Below, piece by piece: positions 9,440 through 18,212 of a DNA stretch of 64,000 bases. The stretch is taken from the NCBI GenBank assembly GCA_965242965.1, contig OZ251518.1, positions 3,513,838 through 3,577,837 on the forward strand, given 5' to 3'. Position 1 is the stretch's first letter. Every line of letters starts with the position of its first letter. The notes beneath the pieces were generated by a model. That model did no database searches. It was not told where the DNA came from and saw nothing but the letters and a program-made list of their open reading frames with translations. The translations under genes were made by a program, and so were the position numbers. The DNA is from Candidatus Poribacteria bacterium (GTDB lineage: Bacteria > Poribacteria > WGA-4E > WGA-3G).

Positions 9440-9905
9440 ACTGGAAGTGAGGGTGTTTCATAAATCCCCGTAGGAGAGACCTCCCGGTCTCGATGCAATA
9501 GAGCGGCGAGCCTACCGGGGCGGCGGCAGAAAGCCCCTTCATCGTAGGGCGAGGGCCTGTCCCTCGCCATCGTCGGCGCAATCCAACGCTCGCGGGGGAC
9601 AGGCCCCCGCACTACAAAAAACGTCTCTTAGGTCCGTAGGACCTTAATGTCTATAGCATGCGCGAACGCGAAGAATCCTAAGGTCCTTTAGGTCCTTAAT
9701 AGTTTTTGACATGCGGCGCGTTTTTTATTAAGGACCTAAAGGACCTTGAAAACGTAACGACACGTGTATCTATAGACATGTAGGTCCTAAAGGACCTAAA
9801 ACGTCCCCTCTTGACGCTGGCCAACGCGGGGCCTGTCCCCCGCGCTACGGGAACATCGAGACCAGGAGGTCTCTCCTACGGGGAGCCCTCGCCTTACGGG
9901 CACAG
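9440..9905. repeat. composite repeat island (E, A, B, C, B, A)
   Basis: TGAGGGTGTTTCATAAATCC, CCGTAGGAGAGACCTCCCGGTCTCGATG, REP-like CGTAGGGCGAGGGCCTGTCCCTCGCCATCG / CGCGGGGGACAGGCCCCCGCACTAC, and a full C element. Confidence 0.85.
9616..9803. repeat. C element copy 1: ~190-bp palindromic MITE-like element with 8 AGGTCC/GGACCT hexamers
   Basis: AGGTCCGTAGGACCTTAATGTCTATAGCA ... CTAAGGTCCTTTAGGTCCTTAATA ... TATTAAGGACCTAAAGGACCTTGAAAAC ... TATAGACATGTAGGTCCTAAAGGACCTAAAACG; left and right ~75-nt arms are near-perfect reverse complements. Confidence 0.85.
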
Positions 9906-9909
9906 GCAT

Positions 9910-11307
9910 TTATTCCTCATCCTTTGCCTCTGCCTTCAGCCGATACAGTTCTGCTGTGAGTTCGGTGACGATGTCGGCATATCTCGGGTCAGCGTAGACG
10001 TTGCGCATTTCGCTCGGGTCCTTCTCCAGATCGAAGAGTTCCCATTCCGGCTGTTTCGATTCATCAACGGAGCCTGTCGTGCCGAGTGCTTCGCCGTAGT
10101 AATAGATGAGTTTATACCGATGCGTGCGGATGCCGTAGTGCGCGCCGACATAGTGGTGCGAGAGGTGCATCCAATAGCGGTAATACATGGCGGTTCGCCA
10201 GTCGTCCGGAGACTCGCCGTTAAGTAACGGACGAAGGCTGCGTCCCTGCATATCGTCAGGAATTGGGAGCCCGGCGTAATCGAGCCATGTCTCGGCGAAG
10301 TCAATGTTCAACGCCATTGCATCGCAAGAACTCCCCGGCTGAATTTCGCGCGGGTATCGGACGATGAAGGGCATCCGCAACGATTCTTCATACATGAACC
10401 GTTTGTCATACCACCCGTGGTCCCCCAAGAAAAAGCCCTGGTCGGACGTGTAGATGACTATCGTGTCATCGGCGATACCGTCGGCATCGAGATAGTCAAG
10501 CATCCTGCCGACGTTGTCATCAATTGAGGCGACGCAGCGGAGATATTCCTTCATATAACGTTGATATTGCCACTTCGCCAGTTCTTCCTCTGACAACCCA
10601 TCCGGCGGCGGACCGAGTGTGTCAAATTTCAGGTCGCGGGCGTTCATATCGCGTGCCACCCGCATTTTCGCCTCCTTCGCGGCGTTTGAGCGATTGGCGT
10701 AATCGTCAAAGAAGGTGTCAGGAAGCGGCACATCCTCGTTTTCAAACAGATGCGCGTGCTTCTCATCTGAATCCCACGGACGATGCGGTGCCTTGTGATG
10801 ACACATCAGGAAAAAAGGGCTTTCCCTGTCCCGATGCTGCAGCCATTCCAATGAGAAATCGGTGATGATATCCGTGGCGTAACCTTTATGCCTTTTCTCG
10901 CCGTCTGAATCCAGCATCACCGGATCGTGATAGAGTCCCTGTCCGGGCAAAACGTTCCAATAGTCGAATCCAGTTGGATCTGCGTTACCGCCGTGTCCGA
11001 GGTGCCATTTGCCTACCATTGCCGTTTGATAACCGGCTGCCTGTAGCATCTTCGCGACGTTCGGTTTTCTGCCATCAAGTTTGTCTGCCAGCGTTTTGAC
11101 CCCGTTGAGGTGGCTATGTTTCCCTGTCAAGATGTTTGCGCGGCTCGGCGTGCAGATAGAGTTGACACAGAAGCAGTTACGGAGGAGCATGCCGCCATCG
11201 GCGATGCGATCCAGTTGCGGGGTTTGGTTGATGCGACTTCCGTAGCAACTCATCGCGTGAGCCGCATGGTCATCGGACATGATAAATAGGATGTTCGGAG
11301 TGCTCAA
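9910..11307 (-). CDS. sulfatase (formylglycine-dependent, arylsulfatase family)
   Basis: ILFIMSDDH and the CTPSRANILTGKHSH C-x-P-x-R signature. The ORF start is TTG at 11307 with GGAG 5 nt upstream. Confidence 0.85.
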   Translation of the reverse strand: MSTPNILFIMSDDHAAHAMSCYGSRINQTPQLDRIADGGMLLRNCFCVNSICTPSRANILTGKHSHLNGVKTLADKLDGRKPNVAKMLQAAGYQTAMVGKWHLGHGGNADPTGFDYWNVLPGQGLYHDPVMLDSDGEKRHKGYATDIITDFSLEWLQHRDRESPFFLMCHHKAPHRPWDSDEKHAHLFENEDVPLPDTFFDDYANRSNAAKEAKMRVARDMNARDLKFDTLGPPPDGLSEEELAKWQYQRYMKEYLRCVASIDDNVGRMLDYLDADGIADDTIVIYTSDQGFFLGDHGWYDKRFMYEESLRMPFIVRYPREIQPGSSCDAMALNIDFAETWLDYAGLPIPDDMQGRSLRPLLNGESPDDWRTAMYYRYWMHLSHHYVGAHYGIRTHRYKLIYYYGEALGTTGSVDESKQPEWELFDLEKDPSEMRNVYADPRYADIVTELTAELYRLKAEAKDEE

Positions 11308-11309
11308 TA

Positions 11310-12540
11310 TAATCTCCTTTTCCGGTAGGAGAGACCTCCCGGTCTCGATGCTCTTTAGTAGGAGAACCCTCCCGTTCTCGTTTTCCGGTAGGAGAGACCT
11401 CCCGGTCTCGATGCGTGACTCTGCCTTTTCATGATTAACAGCCCTATTAGTGAATAGACGGCCAATTTATAGTAAGTTTATCAGAAAGTGTCAGAATTGT
11501 CAAATTCGTTCAACAATTTCCAAAAAACTTTAGGATGCATCAGCGTAACGAGCACCAAAAATCCCGCGAGAGCTCTGATAGAAAATTTATCCGCTGGGGC
11601 ACGTTTCCGCACATGTAGAAATTGAGTATACCATAAAATCGTTGGAATGGCAAATCTTTTTTCTTCACCAGAGCGATTCAGTTCTTCCCAGTAGGTGCGC
11701 CTTCCCAATCTTGATTTCTGGTAGGAGAGACCTCCTGGTCTCGATTACCGTAGGGCGTGGGCCTGTGCCTCGCCGGGGTATCGCGCGCGGAGCGATCGCG
11801 GGGGACAGGCCCCGCGCTACGGTAACAGGTCATCTTCTTCACAAAACGTCCCCTCATCGTAGGGCGAGGGCCTGTCCCTCGCCATGCTTCGATCTACCGA
11901 ATGATCGCGTGGGCCTGTCCCCCGCGCTACGGTAGGCGGATTATCTTCTTCACAAAACGCCCCCCTTCACCGTAGGGCGTGGGCCTGTCCCTCGCCGGGG
12001 TATCGCGCGCGGAGCGATCGCGGGGGACAGGCCCCCGCGCTACGGTGAAAAAAATGCCTCCTCTTCACGTAGGGCGTGGGCCTGTCCCTCGCCATGCTCC
12101 GATCTACTGAATGATCGCGGGGGACAGGCCCCCGCGCTACGGTAACGGGCTATCTTCTTCACAAAACGCCCTCATCATCGTAGGGCGAGGGCCTGTCCCT
12201 CGCCATGTCTCGGGTTACCGAATGATCGCGTGGGCCTGTCCCCCGCGCTACGGTGAAAAAAATGCCTCCTCTTTACGTAGGGCGAGGGACAGGCCCTCGC
12301 CGCTGGATCCTGACTCGTTCGGGATCAGGCAATCCCGAACTACAGAGTTAGAGTGCGCGCCGCCTAGTTCAGGAGTGTGCATCGAGACCAGGAGGTCTCT
12401 CCTACTGGGGGAGTCGAGACCGGGAGGTCTCGCCTACGCGTCGGGGTAGGAGGGACATCCTTGTCCCGATACGAAAAATCGAGACCGGGAGGTTTCTCCT
12501 ACGGTGGTGCATCGAGACCAGGAGGTCTCTCCTACCGGAT
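11310..12540. repeat. 1.2-kb repeat island: A hairpins x3, ~97-bp tandem REP/BIME-like array, D palindrome, A hairpins x5
   Basis: Seen directly. ORFs 11642..11935, 12111..12449 and 12402..12614 are artefacts of it. Confidence 0.9.
11735..12310. repeat. tandem array (~6 units, ~97-bp period) of paired GC-rich palindromes
   Basis: Unit CCGTAGGGCGAGGGCCTGTCCCTCGCCATGC-N~20-ATCGCGGGGGACAGGCCCCCGCGCTACGG-N~30 (TATCTTCTTCACAAAACGCC...). The inter-repeat segments are themselves conserved, so this is not a CRISPR. Confidence 0.85.
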
Positions 12541-13962
12541 TCAGGATTGAGTAGCTGTCCGCAAGATAGTCCGATCTGCAGTCCAATTATCCCGATACCA
12601 TGTGCATGTCTCAAACGTATCGTTGAGTGCCGCCATGCGTGCTTTCAACATCTCGCGGAGAGCATCTCGGAGAGATGTCGATGTAGGTTCACTAATGAGA
12701 TTGTGCATTTGGAACGGATCTGCGACGTTATCAAAGAGTTTCTCGCTGCCATCGGCGCGGTGAACGGCGTAGGTATGCTGCTTCGTCCGCAATGCGCGCC
12801 ACTCATACCCATCCTCCCACTTCGCCGTGCAGCCCATGCCTTGCATAAACGCGGCATCCGGTTCATCGGTTTGGGCACGGTTTCCTTGCGCCGCGGGCCC
12901 TAAATCTGTTCCTTCTACCTCATCAGGAATCGGCAGATGCATGAGTGAGAGGAGCGTCGGCATGATGTCAGGCGTATTCAGGCAGGCATCCGAGACATGT
13001 CCTGCGGGAATATGCCCCGGCCATCGGATGAGGAATGGGATGCGCACTGCTTCTTCATAAAAAATGTTTTTCGCGCGGCGGCCCTGCGCACCGAACATCT
13101 CACCGTGGTCGGACGTGAAAACGAAGAGGGTGTTATCGCGCAGTCCAAGTTCATCGATTGCGCACAGCAACCTGCCGAGTTGCCTATCCAAATTCGTCGT
13201 CATAGCGTAATAGACGCGCATCCATTCGGGTAATTTGCGACGTTCTGTGGGGAACATCTGGGCCCACGTGTCGCCGAGTGGGTCATTTTCGGCGCGGTAG
13301 TTGGGCGGCAGCGGGAAGTTGACATCTCGGAATAGTTCATAATCGGCGGCAGGGACGTTGTCTTGTGTCCACGGGTCATGCGGTGTGCCGATGGAGAGGA
13401 AGAGCGCGAACGGCTTCTCATGCGATGCTTCTCGCAATGCCGCGATTGCCATATCGGTTTGCCCCTCCGGTTCATAGCCGGGGAGCGGAATCTTCTCAGG
13501 CGAGTTTCTGTGGTAATACGCGTCAAAATAGCGGTGATGGAAATTGTAAGCCGCCCAGTCTCCATCAAAACCGAGCCGATGCGGGCCTGGCGGGATGTAG
13601 GAATTCCTCGGGTCATCGTGATTTCCGAGTTGATTTGCCCACAAGTGCCATTTGCCGATATAGTGCGTCTGGTAGCCATTTCGATGCAAGACGTGCCCGA
13701 GGCAGTCATGGTTTGGGTTCATCCGGAGTTCGTTAATCGCCATGCCGGTACTGCTGGCATATTTCCCCGTGAAAAGTGAGGCGCGGTAGGGCGCGCACAT
13801 CGGGCTTCCGGAGACAGCGTTGCAGAAGTTCACGCCTTCTGTGGAGAGTCTATCCATATTCGGCGTGCGCGCTTTTGCATCGCCGGCATAGCCGCACGAT
13901 TGATACCGGAGCTGATCGGCGAAGACATAAACGAGGTTCGGTTGGGTTTGTGAGGTTGACAT
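12541..13962 (-). CDS. sulfatase (formylglycine-dependent)
   Basis: LVYVFADQLRY and the CAPYRASLFTGKY signature; ATG at 13962. Confidence 0.85.
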   Translation of the reverse strand: MSTSQTQPNLVYVFADQLRYQSCGYAGDAKARTPNMDRLSTEGVNFCNAVSGSPMCAPYRASLFTGKYASSTGMAINELRMNPNHDCLGHVLHRNGYQTHYIGKWHLWANQLGNHDDPRNSYIPPGPHRLGFDGDWAAYNFHHRYFDAYYHRNSPEKIPLPGYEPEGQTDMAIAALREASHEKPFALFLSIGTPHDPWTQDNVPAADYELFRDVNFPLPPNYRAENDPLGDTWAQMFPTERRKLPEWMRVYYAMTTNLDRQLGRLLCAIDELGLRDNTLFVFTSDHGEMFGAQGRRAKNIFYEEAVRIPFLIRWPGHIPAGHVSDACLNTPDIMPTLLSLMHLPIPDEVEGTDLGPAAQGNRAQTDEPDAAFMQGMGCTAKWEDGYEWRALRTKQHTYAVHRADGSEKLFDNVADPFQMHNLISEPTSTSLRDALREMLKARMAALNDTFETCTWYRDNWTADRTILRTATQS

Positions 13963-14039
13963 ATTGGTGCCTCGTCATCCAGAAAATCTTGTTCTATTTT
14001 AGCATGAAAAGTCAAAAACGTGCGGATAAAAAAAGGAGG

Positions 14040-14340
14040 TGTCGGTAGGAGAGACCTCCCGGTCTCGATTACCGTAGGGCGAGGGCCTGTCCCTCGCCAT
14101 GCCTCGGCACCCCGAACGATCGCGGGGGACAGGCCCCCGCGCTACGGTGAAAAAACGCCGACTCTTCACGTAGGGCGAGGGCCTGTCCCTCGCCAGGCTG
14201 CGGTTTACCGGAAGATCGCGGGGGAAACCCGCTCGCATGCGCGTGTGGCATGCGAGGGCCCCCGCGCTACGGTAATCGTCGCGGCAGTCTCTCCTACCCG
14301 GCGGGCATCGAGCGATTTATGAAACTCCCTCAGATTAAAA
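14040..14340. repeat. repeat island (A, B x4, E at right end)
   Basis: GGTAGGAGAGACCTCCCGGTCTCGAT, REP-like pairs, and right end ATTTATGAAACTCCCTCAGATT (14318-14340). Confidence 0.85.
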
Positions 14341-14354
14341 CTGATTGCCTTTGC

Positions 14355-14392
14355 CGAGACTATCAGAATTTGCGTAAATCTTGTATAATGTT
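14355..14392 (+). promoter_or_regulatory. candidate sigma70 promoter with extended -10 (TGTATAAT at 14382-14389)
   Basis: CTTGTATAATG lies 60 nt upstream of ATG 14451; the -35 is poor (TCAGAA). Inference. Confidence 0.35.
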
Positions 14393-14450
14393 CCTAATCA
14401 ACTTTGCGAGGGCGGCTGTCTCTCCGTCCGTTACTTAAGGAGTCTTTCTC

Positions 14451-17342
14451 ATGCCTAACAATCCAACGCTCGTTTTTCTTGCTATGTTTAGTTTCATGTT
14501 CGGCTTTCTCCTCCCGGCTTTTTCACACGATGAGGGAGCGGCAGATGCGACTTTCACTCTCCAACTGCTCCACGCGGCAGACATGGAAGGCGGCGTGGAG
14601 GCACTTGAAAACGCCCCGCGCTTCTCATCCGTGCTAAACGCGCTCAAGGCAGAAGTTGCCGATACCGTGATTATCGGTGCAGGCGACAGTTACCTCCCCG
14701 GCCCGTTTTTCATCGCCGGTAATGACCCGAGTCTCCGTGACGTTTTGGGGCGCGAAGGTTCTGGACGCGCCGATATCCTAATGCTCAACGCCATGGGTTT
14801 TATGGCATCCGCGCTCGGCAACCATGAATTTGATGCTGGCACCGGAGGGCTTGCTAGTTTAATTCAAGACGATGGACGCGGCTACGTCGGCACGGCGTTC
14901 CCGTTCCTGAGCGCGAACTTAGATTTTAGCACCGATAGCAACCTCGCCGGGCTCGTCGTGAGTCCTGGGCAAGAGGCTAGCACAATTCCGAACAGCATCA
15001 CCAAAAGCGTCGTAATTACGACGGCTTCCGGTGGAAAGGTGGCGGTTGTCGGTGTGACTACACCGCGGCTCCGCATGCTCGCTTCACCGGGAGATGTGGG
15101 GATTGCGCCGGCAGCCCCGGGGGATATTGCGGCACTCGCGGCCATCGTCCAAGAAGCTGTTGACGCGCTGACAGCGGAGGGGATTAATAAAATTATCCTC
15201 ACCGGACATCTGCAGCAGATTCAACTTGACGAGACGATGGCACCCATGCTGCGCGATGTGGACATTATCATCGCTGGCGGCTCAAATACACTCCTTGCGG
15301 ATACCACCGACCGGATGCTTGATGGCGACATTGCCGAGAAAACCTATCCCATCCTCACCCATTCCGCGACGAATGAACCGATTGCCATTGTCTCCACCGA
15401 TGGGGCTTACCGATACGTCGGCCGGCTCGTCGTCGAGTTTGATGGAGTTGGTATCTTAATGCCTGAGTCCATTGATGCTGCGGTGAGTGGTGTCTTCGCT
15501 ACGGACGAACAAGGCGTTGTGGATACCGGCAACGCGGCACCTGCACCGCGCGTCGTTGAAATTACCGAAGCAATCCGGAACATCGTCGTGGTGAAAGATG
15601 GCAATCTCTTTGGGCAAACCAGCGTCTACCTGAACGGCAGTCGCCGTTCTATTCGGACAGAAGAGACGAACATGGGTAGTTTAACCGCCGCTGCAGACTT
15701 GGCAGCGGCAAGACGCGTCGACCCGGGCGTGGTGGCATGCTTCAAAAATGGCGGCGGCATCCGCGGTTCCATCGGCGTGCGGGCTTACGGCGAAACGCTT
15801 CCACCGCCTGCGAACCCGTTAGTCGGCAAAGCAGCAGGACAAATCTCGCAGATGGACATCGAAAACGTGCTGCGTTTCAACGACGATTTGTCGTTGCTCA
15901 CACTGACAGCACCGCAACTTCTGGCGGTTGTGGAGCACGCTGTGGCAGCCTCAGAGCCGGGTGCAACCGCCGGACAGTTTACGCAGGTTGCTGGGCTCGC
16001 TTTCAGTTTCGATTTGGCGCAGCCCCCGGGTTCGCGCGTGCAATCGCTTGTCATCACCGATGCCGATGGAAACCCCACCGATGTCGTTGCACAGGAAGGG
16101 AAACTTATCGGCAGCCCCAAACGGGCTTTCCGCATCGTTACGCTTAATTTCCTTGCCGATGGCGGCGATGGCTATCCGTATCCGAATTTCCCGAATACTG
16201 ACAGGGTGGAACTTCCGACGCTGTTAACGGAGGAACTTTCCGGTGGAAACGCGACGTTTGCCAGACCGGGGACGGAGCAGGACGCGCTGGCGGAATATCT
16301 CGCCGCGCATTTCTCTGAAACGCCGTTCGCCGTTGCCGATGTCGGCCCCGAAAGCGATGAACGCATTCAGAATCTAGCCTTCCGTGCGGATAGTTTGAGC
16401 GGGTTAGCACCGACACCTAGCACCTTTGACGTTGAACTCAGCGCGGGATTGAATATGGTGAGTTTACCGCTGATGCCAGCCGAACCTTATACTGCGCGTG
16501 CCTTCATGGAGAAAGTCGGCGCGACGGCTGTCATTGCGTATAATACGGCAATTGGGAAGTTTGTCGGGTTCACCGCGAATTCTGCTGGCGATGGATTTGC
16601 CATTGATGGCGGGAAAGGCTACATCGTCAACGTCACTGAAGCGAAAAGCGTCAGTTTCACCGGGAATGGATGGGAAAACGCTCTCGCTGCACCCTTGAAT
16701 GCCACACGCGCAGCCGAGCGGGTTAACGCGCACGTAGCGCGAGTGCCTGTCCCTCGCGATTCCTCGGCATGGGCATTTATTCTGCACGCGCAACTTGAAG
16801 GCATCACTGGTGTGACGTTGACTGTCTATAACAGCCGCGGCAAAGTGGTTTCCGAAAGTGTTGATGGAAGTCACGCAGTCTGGGCAAACATGAGTCAGCA
16901 GGCGGTTGTTTCTGCTGGTGATACGCTGACGATTGAGGTGCGCGATGCAAGCGATGACGTAATTCACAGGCTGCAACATCGGGTTACTGCTATGGATATC
17001 CAGCGCGCGTTCACAGAACTGCGCCTTACACCCCCTGATTTGAAACCGACGCAGACAGGCTTGTTTGCCAATTATCCGAATCCGTTTAACCCGGAAACGT
17101 GGCTGCCGTATCAGTTGGCGAATGACACTGATGTCGTCATTCACATCTACGCCGCGAACGGGCAACTTGTCCGTAGACTGGAGTTCGGATTCCAGAGTGC
17201 TGGCTATTACGTTGACAAATCACGCGCCGCGTATTGGGATGGCAGAAATGAACTGGGCGAACCGATGGCTTCCGGTGTCTATTTCTATCAACTCATCACG
17301 CCTGAATTCACAACGACTCGGAAGCTGGGTATTGTGAAGTAG
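14451..17342 (+). CDS. secreted 5'-nucleotidase/metallophosphoesterase-like protein with a C-terminal T9SS (Por_Secre_tail-like) sorting domain
   Basis: Signal peptide MPNNPTLVFLAMFSFMFGFLLPAFS; GNHEFD calcineurin-like motif; C-terminus NYPNPFNPETWLPYQL...VIHIYAANGQLVRRL...YWDGRNELGEPMASGVYFYQL matches TIGR04183-type tails. AAGGAG RBS upstream. Confidence 0.8.
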   Translation: MPNNPTLVFLAMFSFMFGFLLPAFSHDEGAADATFTLQLLHAADMEGGVEALENAPRFSSVLNALKAEVADTVIIGAGDSYLPGPFFIAGNDPSLRDVLGREGSGRADILMLNAMGFMASALGNHEFDAGTGGLASLIQDDGRGYVGTAFPFLSANLDFSTDSNLAGLVVSPGQEASTIPNSITKSVVITTASGGKVAVVGVTTPRLRMLASPGDVGIAPAAPGDIAALAAIVQEAVDALTAEGINKIILTGHLQQIQLDETMAPMLRDVDIIIAGGSNTLLADTTDRMLDGDIAEKTYPILTHSATNEPIAIVSTDGAYRYVGRLVVEFDGVGILMPESIDAAVSGVFATDEQGVVDTGNAAPAPRVVEITEAIRNIVVVKDGNLFGQTSVYLNGSRRSIRTEETNMGSLTAAADLAAARRVDPGVVACFKNGGGIRGSIGVRAYGETLPPPANPLVGKAAGQISQMDIENVLRFNDDLSLLTLTAPQLLAVVEHAVAASEPGATAGQFTQVAGLAFSFDLAQPPGSRVQSLVITDADGNPTDVVAQEGKLIGSPKRAFRIVTLNFLADGGDGYPYPNFPNTDRVELPTLLTEELSGGNATFARPGTEQDALAEYLAAHFSETPFAVADVGPESDERIQNLAFRADSLSGLAPTPSTFDVELSAGLNMVSLPLMPAEPYTARAFMEKVGATAVIAYNTAIGKFVGFTANSAGDGFAIDGGKGYIVNVTEAKSVSFTGNGWENALAAPLNATRAAERVNAHVARVPVPRDSSAWAFILHAQLEGITGVTLTVYNSRGKVVSESVDGSHAVWANMSQQAVVSAGDTLTIEVRDASDDVIHRLQHRVTAMDIQRAFTELRLTPPDLKPTQTGLFANYPNPFNPETWLPYQLANDTDVVIHIYAANGQLVRRLEFGFQSAGYYVDKSRAAYWDGRNELGEPMASGVYFYQLITPEFTTTRKLGIVK

Positions 17343-17468
17343 GGACAACCTACGCGGGGGACAGGCCCCCGCGCTGCGGAAAAAAACGGCACGTCATCGT
17401 AGGGCTTGGGCCCTCGCATGCCACACGCGCATGCGAGCGGGTTTCCCTCGCCATCGTCCGCGCTACGC

Positions 17469-17512
17469 AAAAAACGTCTCTTGTTCTCTTCAGGTCCGTA
17501 GGACCTAAAAAC
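17469..17512. repeat. solo/empty-site-like form of the C element (AAAAAACGTCTCTTGTTCTCTTCAGGTCCGTAGGACCTAAAAAC)
   Basis: Carries the conserved left flank and only one AGGTCCGTAGGACCT palindrome, joined directly to the right-flank AAAAC. Confidence 0.6.
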
Positions 17513-17726
17513 ATAACTTGACGATGGAGATCGCGGGGGACAGGCCCCCGCGCTACGATGAAAAAAACGGCGTGCGTTACCGTAGGGCGAGGGCCTGTCC
17601 CTCGCCATCGTTCTCGGCCACGGACACTCGCGAGGGACAGGCCCCCGCGCTACGGTAAAAAACGGTATGTCATTGAACGCTCGCGGGGGCCTGTCCCCCG
17701 CGCTACCGGGAAAAAACGGCACTTCA

Positions 17727-17896
17727 CCGTAGGACCTTAATGTCTATAGCACGCGCGCCCGCCAAGAACGCTAAGGTCCTTTAGGTCCTTAATAGATTTT
17801 GCCAGGTCCACGCGTTTTTTATTAAGGACCTAAAGGACCTTGAAAAGGTGCCTGCACGTGTTTCTATAGACATTAAGGACCTAAAGACCTAAAACG
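17727..17896. repeat. C element copy 3
   Basis: CCGTAGGACCTTAATGTCTATAGCACGCGCG...TATTAAGGACCTAAAGGACCTTGAAAAGG...TATAGACATTAAGGACCTAAAGACCTAAAACG; the left arm is truncated into a B repeat. Confidence 0.8.
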
Positions 17897-18212
17897 CCAC
17901 CGTTTGACGATGGAGATTGCGGGGGACAGGCCCCCGCGCTACGGGGAAAAAACGGCACTTCACCGTAGGGCGTGGGCCTGTCCCTCGCAATCGTTCGGGC
18001 ACCCCAACACTCGCGGGGGACAGGCCCCCGCCCTACGGGAACATCGAGACCGGGAGGTCTCTCCTACCGGTGTTGCATCGAGATTCGAGGTTTCTCCTAC
18101 CGGAAGGAATCGGGCCCATCTCTGTAGTTCGGGAGCGCCCGCTCCCGAACGGGTCAGGATCGGGCGCTCCTGAACTACAGAGGTGATGACGTTGCGCGAT
18201 TTATGAAACACC

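Larger units (their letters stand above)
17343..18210. repeat. repeat island (B, C-solo, B, C, B, A, D, E, F)
   Basis: Seen directly; ORFs 17288..17722, 17558..17740, 17904..18186 and 17960..18211 are artefacts. Confidence 0.9.

Noticed and set aside
9690-9730. Promoter-like TTGACA-N14-TATTAA in the centre of C element copy 1
   Set aside because: The spacer is too short (14 nt) and the TTGACA is not conserved in the other eight copies, whose centres read TTTTGCCAGG....
11735-12310. Regularly spaced GC-rich palindromes that superficially resemble a CRISPR array
   Set aside because: The inter-repeat segments are conserved between units and the repeats come as inverted pairs (BIME-like). There are no unique spacers and no cas genes in the window.
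11642-12449. ORFs 11642..11935, 12111..12449 and similar ones at 14020..14322, 17288..17722, 17904..18211, 30122..30749, 39837..40163, 40363..40803, 50499..50994 and 55409..55984, with recurring GRGPVPRH / AGDRPPRYG / REVSPT peptides
   Set aside because: They are translations of the repeat islands in arbitrary frames. The recurring peptides simply mirror the DNA repeats. They have no RBS or start context and a mosaic repeat-unit structure.
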